DNA from: Ginglymostoma cirratum | Taxonomy: Eukaryota | Assembly (NCBI GenBank): GCA_024137785.1 | Contig: JAHRHZ010000048.1 | Span: forward strand, 10,448,168-10,512,167 | Reading direction: 5' to 3' | DNA length: 64,000 nt | Part shown: piece by piece, positions 1 through 12,403 of the stretch | Position numbering within the stretch: position 1 is the stretch's first letter | Layout: every line of letters begins with the position of its first letter | Notes under the pieces: generated by a model | The model's database searches: none | What the model was told of the DNA's origin: nothing | What the model saw: only the letters and a program-made list of their open reading frames with translations | Position numbers and translations under genes: made by a program

Positions 1-3000
1 TTTGATTTACTGAGTGGGGAGGGGGTTGGATTAACAAACCTTGCAATAAATATTATAATGTAAAATTTTGAGGATTGTAAATGATACTTTACAATCCAAT
101 ATTTCCATGCAATTTCTGTTTATTAGCCCAAATACAGCAGGAACATGAGCATGGCTTGCTATGTGCTATTATATTTAAATTCCTACAGAACTGTAAATGC
201 CAATTTGCTGTCACCATGAAGAAATAAATTAATACAACTCAATTTAGACAATGTTCCTTCCAAGAATAATTTTCCGCTAATAACATACTTATACAATTCA
301 CAATTTTCAATATGTTCGGGCTGAGCTTTGCAAGGTTCACAAATGAAGCCAAGTGTTCTTTAGAAATGGCGGACTTTGCAGTCGATAGTTTGAAAAGAGA
401 GCCAATTCTGCTTTTTCTTTAGCCTTTGATTTCAAACATTCGTTCTGCATTTAGCTCCTAACTCAAACAAGTAAATACGAAAAGCAAAGACTATTTGCTG
501 TTCTCTAAAGGGTTTATTTTTTTGAAGGGATAGTACCAAGTTAATTCTTTGTTATTAAATAAATGTGACAATATTTGATAGCAATACCGATAAACAGTGG
601 AAACCAGTAAATGAATCATTTTGAAAGCACCATTTTTTCCAAAATAATTCATGCATACATATTTTGGGTTATCAGTATTTTAATTCTTGTTTCACTGAAT
701 CGACTAACTAACATCACATTGTTACCCTATGCATTCTGGACTGTTAACTGAATGCAATGAGTATCACAACATAGAGAAAAGACATACTTGATTGTAAAAT
801 TTTGTATACATATTTATGTATACTATCATTACAAAACATTTACATCGGACTCGATATTATTGTGCAGTGAGGTTTCAATTGAGTAAATACTAAACATCTT
901 CCCATTTCAGTTCTATCAATGAATAATTAAAAACCCTAATGTACTCAGGTCATTAGGGTTCATAGTGGAGTCTTAGCATAGTAGAAAATGTCTCTCCTTG
1001 TGGTGTGTTTTATTTTTCTATGCAATTTAAAATTCGGTGCCAGGTTCAGGGAAGAGCCAGGACTTGGCACAGATTTTGCTGTAATTTGCAATCTGCAGCG
1101 TATGCTAGCTAAGACCCTTTCCTTCAGCTTGCTTGGTAGAGTCAATAGGGGGCATCCCTCATCTGTCGTAGAGAAAAAAATAGCTGAATTCTAATTAGCA
1201 TTCTATTTGTCAGCAGTAAGGTTGCTGTCGTTAGATTCAGGATTTCATTGTTTCAGATAGATTGCCAGCTATTCTTTTTTTTCATACTCCTGGCATGAGA
1301 GAACTGGTGCCTTATTTCATGACCAATAGACTCAGGCTGAGGGAATGCCGGTGGAATGTGAGTCCTGAGCTTAAAAATGCCAACCGTGCTTTTCAGTGGC
1401 TGCTTTCATCCTGGCACTGTTGCCAAGGGCTGGCAAAGCTTCTATGCTCCTTGTGACTCAATAGAGTGCAACTGAAAAACTCGGGGATGCTTCAAATACG
1501 TCAACGAAGCTTTGGATCCTAACCAGAAAGGATCTTGCTTTGTGTCAATGATGGGACCACAAAAATAAACCTCACCATTTTCTTTTAATACTTTTCTTTC
1601 TTTTGTCTGTGTTAAAAGGAATAAATGAATATAATAGTAGGCTCCAAAATTGCAAACATTTCAGATAATCTCCAAGGGGGTTTGCAGTTTTCACAATGTA
1701 CAATGTATTGCTTTGCGCAGATTATAAATTATTATATAGTGCACCAACAAGTAAAAGATGACACGATTTTGCTTAAATTGACAGGATTAACTTTCATTAA
1801 GAATACTCAATGAAACATTGTTAGCACTAAACATACAATAATGTTTTTGTATTATATGAAACCTCCATGCTAAGTATGTTTCATATTCTATTAAAATATT
1901 TCAAGAATTCTCCATTCTCTGCCAATATCTTAATTAATCAATATTCAGGAATAAGATGCTTATCTGAGCAACCACACCACCTATAATGAATGGCACAGAA
2001 AAACATTTGAAACTACAAATATATCCATCATTAAAAATCAAACAAATTTAATATAGCAGCGCTTGAATTATACATTTAAAATGGCAATGATTCGGAATAC
2101 ATGAGCACCAATATGTAATATCTGATTCTTAGGCCGTTTCAAGGTATAATAGATTGAAAATAATCTATTTTTAAAAAGTCAGATTTCAAAATTTGTGCAG
2201 TTTATACAGTTAAAATTCCTTGAAAGATGACAATAAGTTAGAACATTTAAGCAGTAGTTGTTTGAAAGTGATACAAATCCTACGACAAGGAGTGACAGTT
2301 TGGATAAATTTTCTTACCTCTTAATATATATGGCACATAGAAAGGGGGTTTAATATAACTGGACAAAAAAGCTTTGTGATTTATTAACTGTCTGAAGAGT
2401 TGACTGTTGATGTGAAATTTACTGGTAATTTATCTTGTCTGAACAAGGTTTGTGTTTTTGTTTGCATGATAAATTTGTAATTCATAAATTGTAGTCAGCT
2501 TTGGATTTTGTCAGCGTGAGCATTTTAAGGGCTAATGTCAATGAAGGTTTCAAGCTGACACACAAACAGGTTTTATCATTCTCTCACATCTATCAACAAA
2601 GAACCCTGCAATAGTAGAAACCCACACACCATTTTCTAATAGACTCTGAACTTAACATTTTATTAGGTTTTTCATTTGGTATGTGATCCTCAAAAAGCAA
2701 GTAAAACAAATGGCTCCCTGTCAACAAAAACTCTGTGCAATCAAAAGTTGAGAATAACCAAATATGTTGAATATTTTTCAAAGTCATTTTTTTTTGCATA
2801 ATGAATGCATACTTTGCAGGATAGTTCTCTATTTTCATGTCATTGGAGAATTCCATATCCAATTTGTGAAACGTGCCAGATGGCATCGAAATGGAATGAC
2901 CTGTGTGATCATGACCATCACCAGCGGAGGCCACCACTAATCCACAGAATTTGTTTTGTTGAACTTGCTTAAATTTCGCTGTTGCCTCCTCATTTCATCC

Positions 3001-6000
3001 CTTGCTGATGGTTCCTTTGAGCTGGTGAGCTGTACCAAGCATCTCTGCAGCCCTCTTGTCACCTTCTGAAGAATTAAGTCAAAACGAAAGGCAGGCAGAG
3101 GAAAACAGCTTTGACAAAATGTGTCCTTTTTTCAACAATGCTCAACTTCTGAGGCACTAATTGACTATTTTGAGAGAAAATAATTACATTGTTTGCTTAA
3201 TATCTGCTTCTATTAACCTCCATTCCATGTTATTGAATTTATTTGGTGCGATGGAAAATATATGAACCATGAAATTGGAGAGAATGCCCAACCCAACTTC
3301 TCAAAAGTTAATATACTGTGCCATTTTTATTTACAGATGCTACTTTATCAATAATTAGTGTAACACAGGCAAATCTGTTTGTGAGGAATTGTTTATATTC
3401 CATATAATTTATTGATTGTTGCATTGCTACTTATCCCAGCTTCTGGTTAGCATGTTCAAGTTTGCAGAAGGTTTTAACTCATAGGTTTGTACGTTGAGGC
3501 AAAGGAACATATGTATGCTGTGTGAATACTGCTTGCTAAATAATTGTCAGAAAATAGAGAAGTTTATGAAAGTCTGGAGTTACTCTTAACCCACCCATTT
3601 TCAGGGAATAATGCTTTCAAATAATTAAGTTAATTGTTTGTTGCTGGTATCATCATGATGGTTGACATTTATAATATTTAAAACTAAAATTTTAGGAATA
3701 TTTTGCTCCATAAAGATTTAGCTCTCCATTAAAAATGAAGACAAATAATTTGTGATCAAATTTAGATTCTGCATCTACAGATCATCGCAATTCATGTATA
3801 TTTTGGTCAATATGAATATCTGCTAATAGTTTAGCAAATCATAGCAGAGGCATAATGTTTTTACTTTATCTGGTGTTATAAGACTCCTGGCTTGCCAAGT
3901 ATGGAAATTAAAATTATCTTCCATGGTAAAGATATTGCCACTGCACTACTTCCCTATGAGATCTCCTCTGCACTCTGCCTCCTCATTAGCTGTGTCTTCT
4001 TATCCCCAATGTGTTTCCACCAATAAACCACCATTGCCATTTAAAGGTAGCCATCAGCTCCACTTTATTATGTATTGTGGTGAAAGCGTTAAAATATATA
4101 TATATGTAATGGAACCCTCATCCCAAATGAAAATCTCAAATCTACATTTGAGAAGTTCCAGAAATTGTGTTAATAATCTTACAATAACTTATTATGTAGT
4201 TTTAAATAGTTCTTCTTGATCAACATAAAAACCAGGTTATCACTGAGTTAACATTGAGGCTGGGCCCAGTCCTACACTTATCACTCTAGTCTTCTTGGCT
4301 TATAATTCTGTTCCTTCCCATCTCAAACTAAAATTGGAGTTGTGTTATTTTTATAAAATGCGTTTAATTAGATTTATCATCTACAGTTACGGAATTTTGT
4401 TTATTAAGTCTTTTTGTGTTGCTTGGCATTAAGTCAATCACATCTGGTTTTACTTTCGAGCTAACCGGACAATCTCCCCTCAAAACATAATTCCCCACAG
4501 ATATGCTATCAATAGGCAAAATTCCAAAATGTAGCAATTTTTCAAACACCACTTGTTTTGCAATTTTTTTAATCCTTTCATATATGCAGCCAATTTTGGG
4601 AACTTAACGTTGCTGAAATTCATCCTAATCCATGACAGAAATTTCAAATGGGAGTGAGAGGACTTTTTTAAAAAGTAACCATTTGAGCACTTTTGTGTTT
4701 ATTGCTTTTTTTTTAAGACAAACAAATTTGCCTCGTATGACCAAATGTTTGTCTTTTGTGTCTGTGTGGCTTTAAAGCTGAGGGAGTAACAATGGAGAAG
4801 CAACTAATTAGGGTCTTTTGAAAAGGTTCGTGGACCAATAACCTTCATCTCTGTGTCATTTTGTTAAAATGCGGGAGTAAAGAATTAGTCAGGGGAGAAA
4901 AAGCACAGGGTATTAACCCTGATGGTGAAGTGGCCATCTGGGGAGGTATTTTTTATTTGTTTTTATTTGCTAAAGGTAAATTGCAGAACCCATGCTCTTG
5001 CACAATAATTCCAATTTCCCTAGTGCTAGGAGGAATGACACAAATGGTGGCCCCATCATTACCACCTCATTTAAATATTAATGCGCTACCTACTTGCAGC
5101 TATTTCCAAATTGGTGCAATGGTGCTGAAAATAGCAAATATATGAGGTGCAAGAAGGTGGAAATTATGCTTGTCCAGCATTGATTTTTTTTGAGGGGTTG
5201 GAGGGAGAGTAGTAATTGTTTGGGGAGGGGGAAATATGTCTTAACATTGTTAATATTCATTTATGTTAAATGAGCTTGTTTTGCTGAGAGTATATTTCCC
5301 CCTGCATTGACTTTGCGAAAACAGTGAGAAGCAATGAGGGTCTGAAGGAGATTCATTACCTCACACCTCTTTACTGAGTCCAGTTTGGATTCTAACAAAG
5401 ACCAAACACTCCAATCTGCCCTCCTTGTACATGGTGAGTTAACCAGGAGGCACGACAAGGCACCCACTCAACATAAACTTGCTTGTCAATGCTCTGACAA
5501 AAGCTCTGTAGATTGCTTCATACTAAACTTATAGAGTGACGTTCTTTGTAATATTAAGCCGATTAATAGACCAGTATTATCCTCAGAGCTATGAAGAATA
5601 TGCGGTTTTACCTCCATTGTTCTTCCTGTTGAATGTATGTGCGCAATGTTGTGAAGAATGAGCTACATTGTGAAGAAGATGGGTGTTGGAGACCATTGCA
5701 ACTGTGCTATGCAGAACATGATTGCTTAAATTATGACAGCCTTCAAGGAAATCTTTTAAGAAAATAACTTGCTGATTGCTGTAGCTTTAAGATTAAGTAC
5801 GCAACATTGCTTTAAATGAGGGGGCATTAAATTTCAGACCTGTGCGTAAGAAAAATATCCTCTGGGTCAGAAACCTCCAACACACAAATAAAGCAATGAG
5901 TGTGCTTATCCATAAGGGAAAAGAGGAAACAAACTTCAACTTGAGCTTCAGGACAATAAACTGCAGATTAAACCACCTTCTCAATTAACACCTCTCATGA

Positions 6001-7994
6001 AAATCCTGACTGGGGTCAACATTCTCTTCTGCGACATTGCCTACCTGTCTTGACTGCCTGAACATATGCCTCTGCTGACTCCAGAAATAATGCTGTCTTC
6101 ATGCCAGGACTCTGTGACTCACAACAGATTATGTCCGTGTGCAAGGGAGATATGATAAGAGCTGCTGATGAGGGTCTGAGGTTAATATTTAAATGCGGTT
6201 GGTATTGTGCTGTACATTCATTCTCTTTACTCTGAATTAAACTGATAAACATTTTTTTGGTCACCAGTCTAGCTAAGTTCCAAAGCATCCCAAACTTTCT
6301 TTTTGCCTGTTACTTATTTGTTTCCTTGTAACACTCTGCAACACTCCTAAATGCTTTGAATAAGACAGCTGATGTGCAAACCACACACTATCTATCCGCA
6401 GAAAGAAGCTAATTTTTCAATTATCCAACAGCAGTATTTCTGTATCCTGCTGTGAGATAAGACAAGGTTAGCAATTTTCAGTTTAATGATGGGATACCAT
6501 TATTAAAGCAATGTTCCTGGTGAAGTGTTGTTTATTTTTATAGCATTCATGATGATAATTATACCTATTATAATTTGCAAAGTTATTATGTGTGCAGAGC
6601 ATCACTATGCTGCACCATTTTATATTAATACTTAAAGCAGGTATGCTTAATTCAACAAAAAGAGACAAAAGAAAATCGATATTTGGACTCTTAGAAAAGT
6701 AAAATTTGAAATTCTTTCTACCTGCAAACAATATTCACTAGATTAGTGCGTGTATTATCTTGGGCAAATATATATGTGAAGCCTGTACACTTCATGAAAA
6801 AAATATATTAGAATAAATGCATTTCCCTCACTTATCAGACTTTTTTGTTGTTCAATTGCTCAAAATCATCAATTCACATTAACGTAACTGGTTTTGTCCT
6901 TGTGTGTTTGTAATAAATAGGACCAAATCCATGCAGCTGATTTATCAATACAGGCTAACAGATCATTGGACCTTAAGCAATTAAATGATTTTCAGAGAAT
7001 AACGATTGCTCTCAAAGCTTACCCAAATTACGTAAAGTTTTGATTTTCTTATTTGTCCCTATAATGATGGAGAGCTTTGTAACACTTTTATATTTAGAGA
7101 GATCAGAGGTTGTTATCATTTTTGATTTGGACATTTCTGACATTGGGTCATAGGACACTGCACTTGTAATTTAATTGGCGTCGCATCAGTATTTACTGGA
7201 AACACGGTTGTAGTGGATCGTTGCTTTAGGCACTGAGAGAAAACAAAATAAAGTGACTCTAAAGTATTGTGGCTTGGTTCCATTGTGCATTCAGGTATAA
7301 CAAATAAACCTTATGCTTGGACATGTAACTCAAAGCAAATTTCATGCATAGCATAATGGCATTTTTTTAGGAATAGGAAAATTACAAAGCCATCCTGTAA
7401 CTAAAACAATTGTATGTTAATTGCAAAAATGGTATATGATATTATTGACAAGCTAAAAATAATGAAAAAGCTTACAAGAACTGTTAGGTTCCACAGTATA
7501 CTGTCAGCTCATTTATTGCAATTTTATTGAATGTAGAAAGACTATGGTTGTGCATATCAATTTATCATAAAATCAATTTTAGAAAGTGTATACTATAACA
7601 AATACAGCATGCAGTATCTAACAGAATGATGCCATTAGTTTTATTAGTAACAGTTGTTGAAACTGACAGCACTAAAGAGAGGACTCTGCAGTACATTACA
7701 TGATAGTGACACTTCAAAAGGTTCAGTTGATGCTTTAAACCAAGAGAGTGAGACAGGAATGGTTAATTAACATCTTCTCAGCTTTAAGATGAGGCACTGC
7801 TATGGAATGTATTTGAGGTCAGCTTTCATTTATAATTAAATACGCTTCATAGTTTGCATTTTAAGCTTTTTGGGGTTTTATAAATTTCAAATTTTAATTT
7901 TTTATGGCCCCCAGGCTTATAACATTGCCAGACTCCTGCATTCAGTTCATGTGATTTAACTAGTCATGATTTCTGAATATATTTTGCCTTTAGT

Positions 7995-8170
7995 CTTTCA
8001 TGGGATCTTGGCATTGCCAGCAAGGCCAGAAGTTGTTGCCCATCCCTAATTACTCTTGAATTCATTGGATCATTGAGCCACTTGAAGAGCAATTAAAGTC
8101 AGCTGCATTTCTGTGCTTCTAGAGTCATATGTAGACCAAACTGAATAAGGAGACTTCCTTTCCTGCGGAG
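7995..8170 (-). mobile_element. Partial 3' half of tRNA-derived SINE (same family as 28742-29050 and 62412-62755)
   Basis: Aligns by eye with the 62412-62560 copy (catgggat...gcccatccctaatt...gagtcatatgtagacca); head missing. Confidence 0.7.
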
Positions 8171-8179
8171 CTTCACCAG

Positions 8180-8343
8180 ACCTAGTATCCTTCCTCACAA
8201 AGACATTGATTTCCTTTTTAATCAGAGGTGCTATGCCCTACCCTTTCTTTTTATTGTCTGTCCTTTCAAAAATCTGAAAATCCCTGGACATTCAGTTCCT
8301 ATTCCTGGTCACCCTGCAGCCATGTCGCTGTAATCCCTACTAT
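8180..8343 (-). mobile_element. CR1 LINE ORF2 endonuclease N-terminal fragment (inverted relative to the adjacent piece)
   Basis: Minus strand reads IVGITATWLQGDQE*ELNVQGF then KDRQ and IAPLIKKEIN, matching the APE motif region DIVGITETWL...GGVALLIK; degenerate. Confidence 0.7.
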
Positions 8344-8870
8344 GGGAGCAAAAACAAGAAGGCAAATAATTATATGAATAGCAATAGATAAAGAGAGATG
8401 CAACGAGACTTGGATTCCTCGTACACTAGTTGTAGAATGTAAGCACACAAGTGCAGCAAGTAACAAAGAAGGCAAATGGTATGTTGGCCTTCATAGTGAG
8501 AGAATGTGAGTACAGGAGCAGGAACATTTTGCTGCAACTGTACGGAGCCTTGTTAAGATTAAACCTGGAATATTATGTGCAGTTTTGGTCTGCTTATCTA
8601 AGGAAGGATGTGCTGGCTATTGAGAGGATACAGAGTGCAAAGAATCCTAATTCTTGGAATAGTGGCACGGATTTACAGGGAGATACTGGATCAGTCAGGA
8701 CTATATTCACTAGAGTTTAGAAGAATGATGGGTATCTTATAGAAACCTATAAAATTCTAACATGATTAGACAGAGTAGATGCATGATAGATATTCTCAAT
8801 GACCGGCAAGTCCAGAACCACAAGTCACAATCTAAGGAAAAGGAGTGGGCCAGTTAGGACAGAGATGAGA
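8344..8870 (+). mobile_element. CR1 LINE ORF2 C-terminal fragment
   Basis: QVQQVTKKANGMLAFIVRECEYRSRNILLQLYGALLRLNLEYYVQFWSAYLRKDVLAIERIQ is the typical post-RT CR1 motif (LYxxLVRPHLEYxVQFWSP); followed by LIETYKI and SRTTSHNL. Confidence 0.9.
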
Positions 8871-9482
8871 ATTTGACTCTTGGTGTGTGTAAATTCTTCA
8901 ATGTTAAAACAGAAATTATTGTTCAAAACTATGTCTTCAGTTAGAAAACATTTTTGGATGTGCTGAGGACATGACAGCTTGAGTGTTAGAAGTAAGCTAA
9001 CAGGTGAAGAGATCTAAAATTTTTGTTTTTGTACAAATTATAATAAAGCTAACACATGTCTTTTTTCCCAAGTATATATGGAATAGTTAATCAGTGATGC
9101 ATTGACAAAATTGTAGCATCCAACATGAAAGGGAAGTTTGATTATGTATTCTATTAAAGCTTGAAGGTTAACCAATATGAGTCTGGAAACTTGCTGTTCG
9201 TGTTTAGCTTAATGTCTCCTATATTGAAGCATTATTGATCTGCAATTTTCTAAGTGCTATTTAGCATTGACTTGCACTTTTGCAAGTACAGTTTGGGGAA
9301 CTGCTGCGTGGGTTCCAATGACTACTTATTGCAAAGAGAGCTGCTGCTTACTTCAGGTAAAATTTGTTCCCACTCATGCCTTTAAGCAAATGGTTGTAGC
9401 TTCAAGTGCCACCTCAGGAACATGTGTCCAACATCTTGACGGATATTCCTCATGAAGCATCATGAAGTGCCAATTTATGGAT

Positions 9483-9727
9483 CAGATATTAAATTGAAGC
9501 ATTGTTTGCCCTGGATGTAAGAATCTCCAGTGCACTATTTCATAAAAGAGCAGGAATTTCTCTATTGTCTTCAATCAACATCATTAGAAATTTTGTCATT
9601 ATCACATTTGTGTTTGCGACATCGTGCTATGCACAAATTAGCTGGGTCTTTCCTATGTTACAACAGTGAAAATATTTCAATGATACCTCATTGGCTGTAA
9701 GAGGAGCTCTACAATTGCAAATCTTTC
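9483..9727 (+). mobile_element. DeuSINE-type SINE (SacSINE1/AmnSINE1-like), central and 3' part
   Basis: Deu-domain-like blocks ggatgtaag..gcactatttc..aagagcagg and gcacaaattagctg..ttacaacagtga..cattggctgtaa; homologous to 35770-36205. Confidence 0.7.
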
Positions 9728-9909
9728 CTACATCCATTAATTTTTCTGCTGTTTAGCATTTCAACTACAAAGAGTGGTCCAGTAAGGGCAGGAAAGGATT
9801 TCCTCTGATGTTAGTTAACATGCATGGTCATCAGTGTCCATTGCTATGCAACAGTGAATCCCCACCATATCAAACAGAGCTACCAGGAATTACTGAAGTA
9901 ACGCAACCA

Positions 9910-10790
9910 ATAAGGATGAGATTTATCACAGAAAGGCTGCAAAATAAACTGTGCCACAATCTTCAAAAGGACCTCGAGACAAGATCTAACTTTTGTACGA
10001 TGCTGCCAGTGATGTCAAAGTCACCTTGCTCTATTTTTAGGTGTCTAGCTCATTCCACATTAGTACTGAGGACATCTGCACTGTCAGCAGTCTGCTGTCC
10101 ACGGATATATCAAGGAGGTCAGAGCTGCATTATTCAACAGGGTCAATGACTTCATCACTGACCAACAGCAGCAATGTTATAGAAGAACATAATTGTACAG
10201 GTCTACTGGCTTTGTAAAAGCCAGGGATCATTGAGTGCCCTGATGTTGCCATTCAGGTCCCTTTACATGAAGTGAAAGAGATTTATTCTCTCAGCATCTA
10301 ATTGGTATGCGACCATCAACACAGAATAATGCATGTTCCTTGAAAACTGCGATGATATCTTCATTTAAAGGCAATTAAATCCGTCACACTTATGTGAAGG
10401 AAAAGTGAGACCAAAGCTATTATCTGCAGCTCTGGCTCATCACAAAATTTCAGTAATCACAAACAGAAGACAAACATAAGAAAATAACAAAATTCATGCA
10501 AAAGCCAAAATCATTGTTAAGGCTGTTACCAAAATCTTGAAGCAATGCAATAGGAGTCTTGACCTTTTCAGGAGTGCCTCACAGTACAATCCCCTAGGGC
10601 TTCACAAATAACTTTTGTCTATTGCATGCTCCATAACTTTGGCCTATAAAGGGCATAACCAGGTCGCAGAAGTGGCTGTCAAAGCAATGACAGAACAAGA
10701 TGATGAAAATGACAATGAAGAATTAGTTGCCAACTCAGCCATGCATTATGGAAGACTGGCGTGCCAGGCACTGATTCAACATTTCTTCCT
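9910..10790 (+). pseudogene. Decayed PIF/Harbinger (HARBI1-like DDE) transposase
   Basis: Frameshifted, collinear blocks: RMRFITE, LCHNLQKDLETRSNFCTMLPV, VKVT, SAVHGYIKEVRAALFNRVNDFI, GIIECPDVAIQ, RFYSLSI*LVCDHQHRIMHV, ILKQCNRSLD, SQYNP, YCMLHNF. Confidence 0.75.
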
Positions 10791-11599
10791 GTGCACATTA
10801 TAGAGTTCCAGTGTTTCTTAAAGGAACAATGTAGATTTGCAAAGTAACAGTCACAATCCACAAATTCCTACGCAATTCATCAAAGGCCATTTATTCGTAT
10901 TCTTTTGACGTGCACTATTCTAAACAATTATATCTAAATACTGGTACAATATTCCAATCAATGCAAACCATTTATTAAGTTTATCATATTATGTGTGAAT
11001 GTTGCAAGCATGATTTGTCACTTTTCTTCCCACCTGTAATCATGCTTGTTAATGGCAAGCGATATCTCATCGACTATTTTGTCTAATGATTTCTTTCATG
11101 GAAAGAGGATATGTTCTGGCTAACTGAGTACAGATCCTGTTGGGATTCTGTTACCTCTTGCCCTCACAGTGAAAGCCTTGTGCCTGAGTCAGCCATCTTT
11201 AGTGCAACTGGATTCAGATGTTCCTGGTCTACTTTCTGAAAACTTGAACTGTCACTTGCTGTAGGATACCAGTTGACTAAGATGCAGCTCAAATTGCAGA
11301 GGCAGTAGTTTTGTTCATAAACAGCCCAACAGGTTGCAGCTGCTGGGCATTTCCTCAGTGTTCCTGCTGAGACAAAAGCAGAGCTCTGAACTGTTACATC
11401 AGGATTGTTGTTCTGTGATTACCCAGCATGCTGAAGTTGGCCAAGAAGGCTTTGAGGCTCACAAATGAACTTTGCATCTCTATGACTACAGTCTGAATCA
11501 TTATGGCACATGCTTCACTGTGTCTCTATCCTTACCACTAATCCTCTGCAGAAGAAACAGAGGGGACTATGCATGTTATTGCCCAACGTTTGCAGACAC

Positions 11600-12150
11600 T
11601 GTCACATATTCATTGGACCACAGAGGACCATGCACAGTTCAGGTCCCCATGTTACATAAAAAGAGATATGGAAAGTGGAAAAAAATTATCAACACGTTAC
11701 CATAGATGCAAGGATACAATTAGCAGAAAAGACTGGAGAGCTGGGATTCTTTCCTAAAAAGGAGAAACACTGAGAGATGGCCTCACAGATCCCTGAAAGA
11801 TAGTGAAGGGGGCTAATTATGTAAATACAATGGAACTGTTTCCGTTTATGGTGAACCCAAAACTGGGAGCCATGAATATAAAATGGCCGCATATATATCT
11901 GATAAGAAATTCAAGGAAATGTTTTTGTTCCAAGAATTTGGAATTTGTTGCCAGGCACATGAATCTGTTGAGTAGAATCGCAGAGGTGTGTGTACGGGAA
12001 ATCTAGATACTGCAGGTATATTCCGGGAAAAGGAATATGATAGTATGTTGATAGGATGCTGTGAACTAAGATCGTAGGAGGCTCAAATAAAGTTTTAACA
12101 TGAGTATAGACTTGGTATAGACCAAAAGGCCTCTTTCTGTGTTGTAATTT
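11600..12150 (+). mobile_element. Old CR1 LINE 3' fragment
   Basis: AQFRSPCYIK, IVKGANYVNTMELFP and WNLLP remnants, then a CR1-type 3' UTR ending ccaaaaggcctctttctgtgttgtaa. Confidence 0.65.
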
Positions 12151-12198
12151 ATATATAATTGTACAGATCTGGGAAGTGGACAATTCTATGTTGTACAC

Positions 12199-12403
12199 AG
12201 GCAACGCAGTGTGGAGCTGAAGGAACACAGCAGGTAAGGCAGCATCAGAGGAGCAGGAAAGTTGATGTTTCAGCTTGGGACCCCATTTCTGAAGAAGGGT
12301 CCCAACCCGAAACATCAACTTCCCTGCTCCTCTGATGCTGTCTGACCTGCTGTGTTGCTCCAACTCCACACTGTATTGTCTCTGACTCCAGCATCTGCAG
12401 TTC
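12199..12403. mobile_element. Palindromic mini-element built from two inverted PLE 3' tails
   Basis: Arms about 12199-12283 and 12297-12381 are near-perfect reverse complements; the right arm starts within a hammerhead-like core. Confidence 0.8.
12289..12316 (+). ncRNA. Minimal type I hammerhead ribozyme-like motif
   Basis: CUGAAGA-A-GGGU(CCCA)ACCC-GAAA-CA-UC. Core and stem II are intact; stem I is weak here. Confidence 0.6.

Noticed and set aside
2593-2937. 114-aa minus-strand ORF with a His-rich start (GDGHDHTGH) and a possible donor near 2812
   Set aside because: In-frame stop shortly upstream, no recognisable domain, and the downstream part is AT-rich intron-like sequence.
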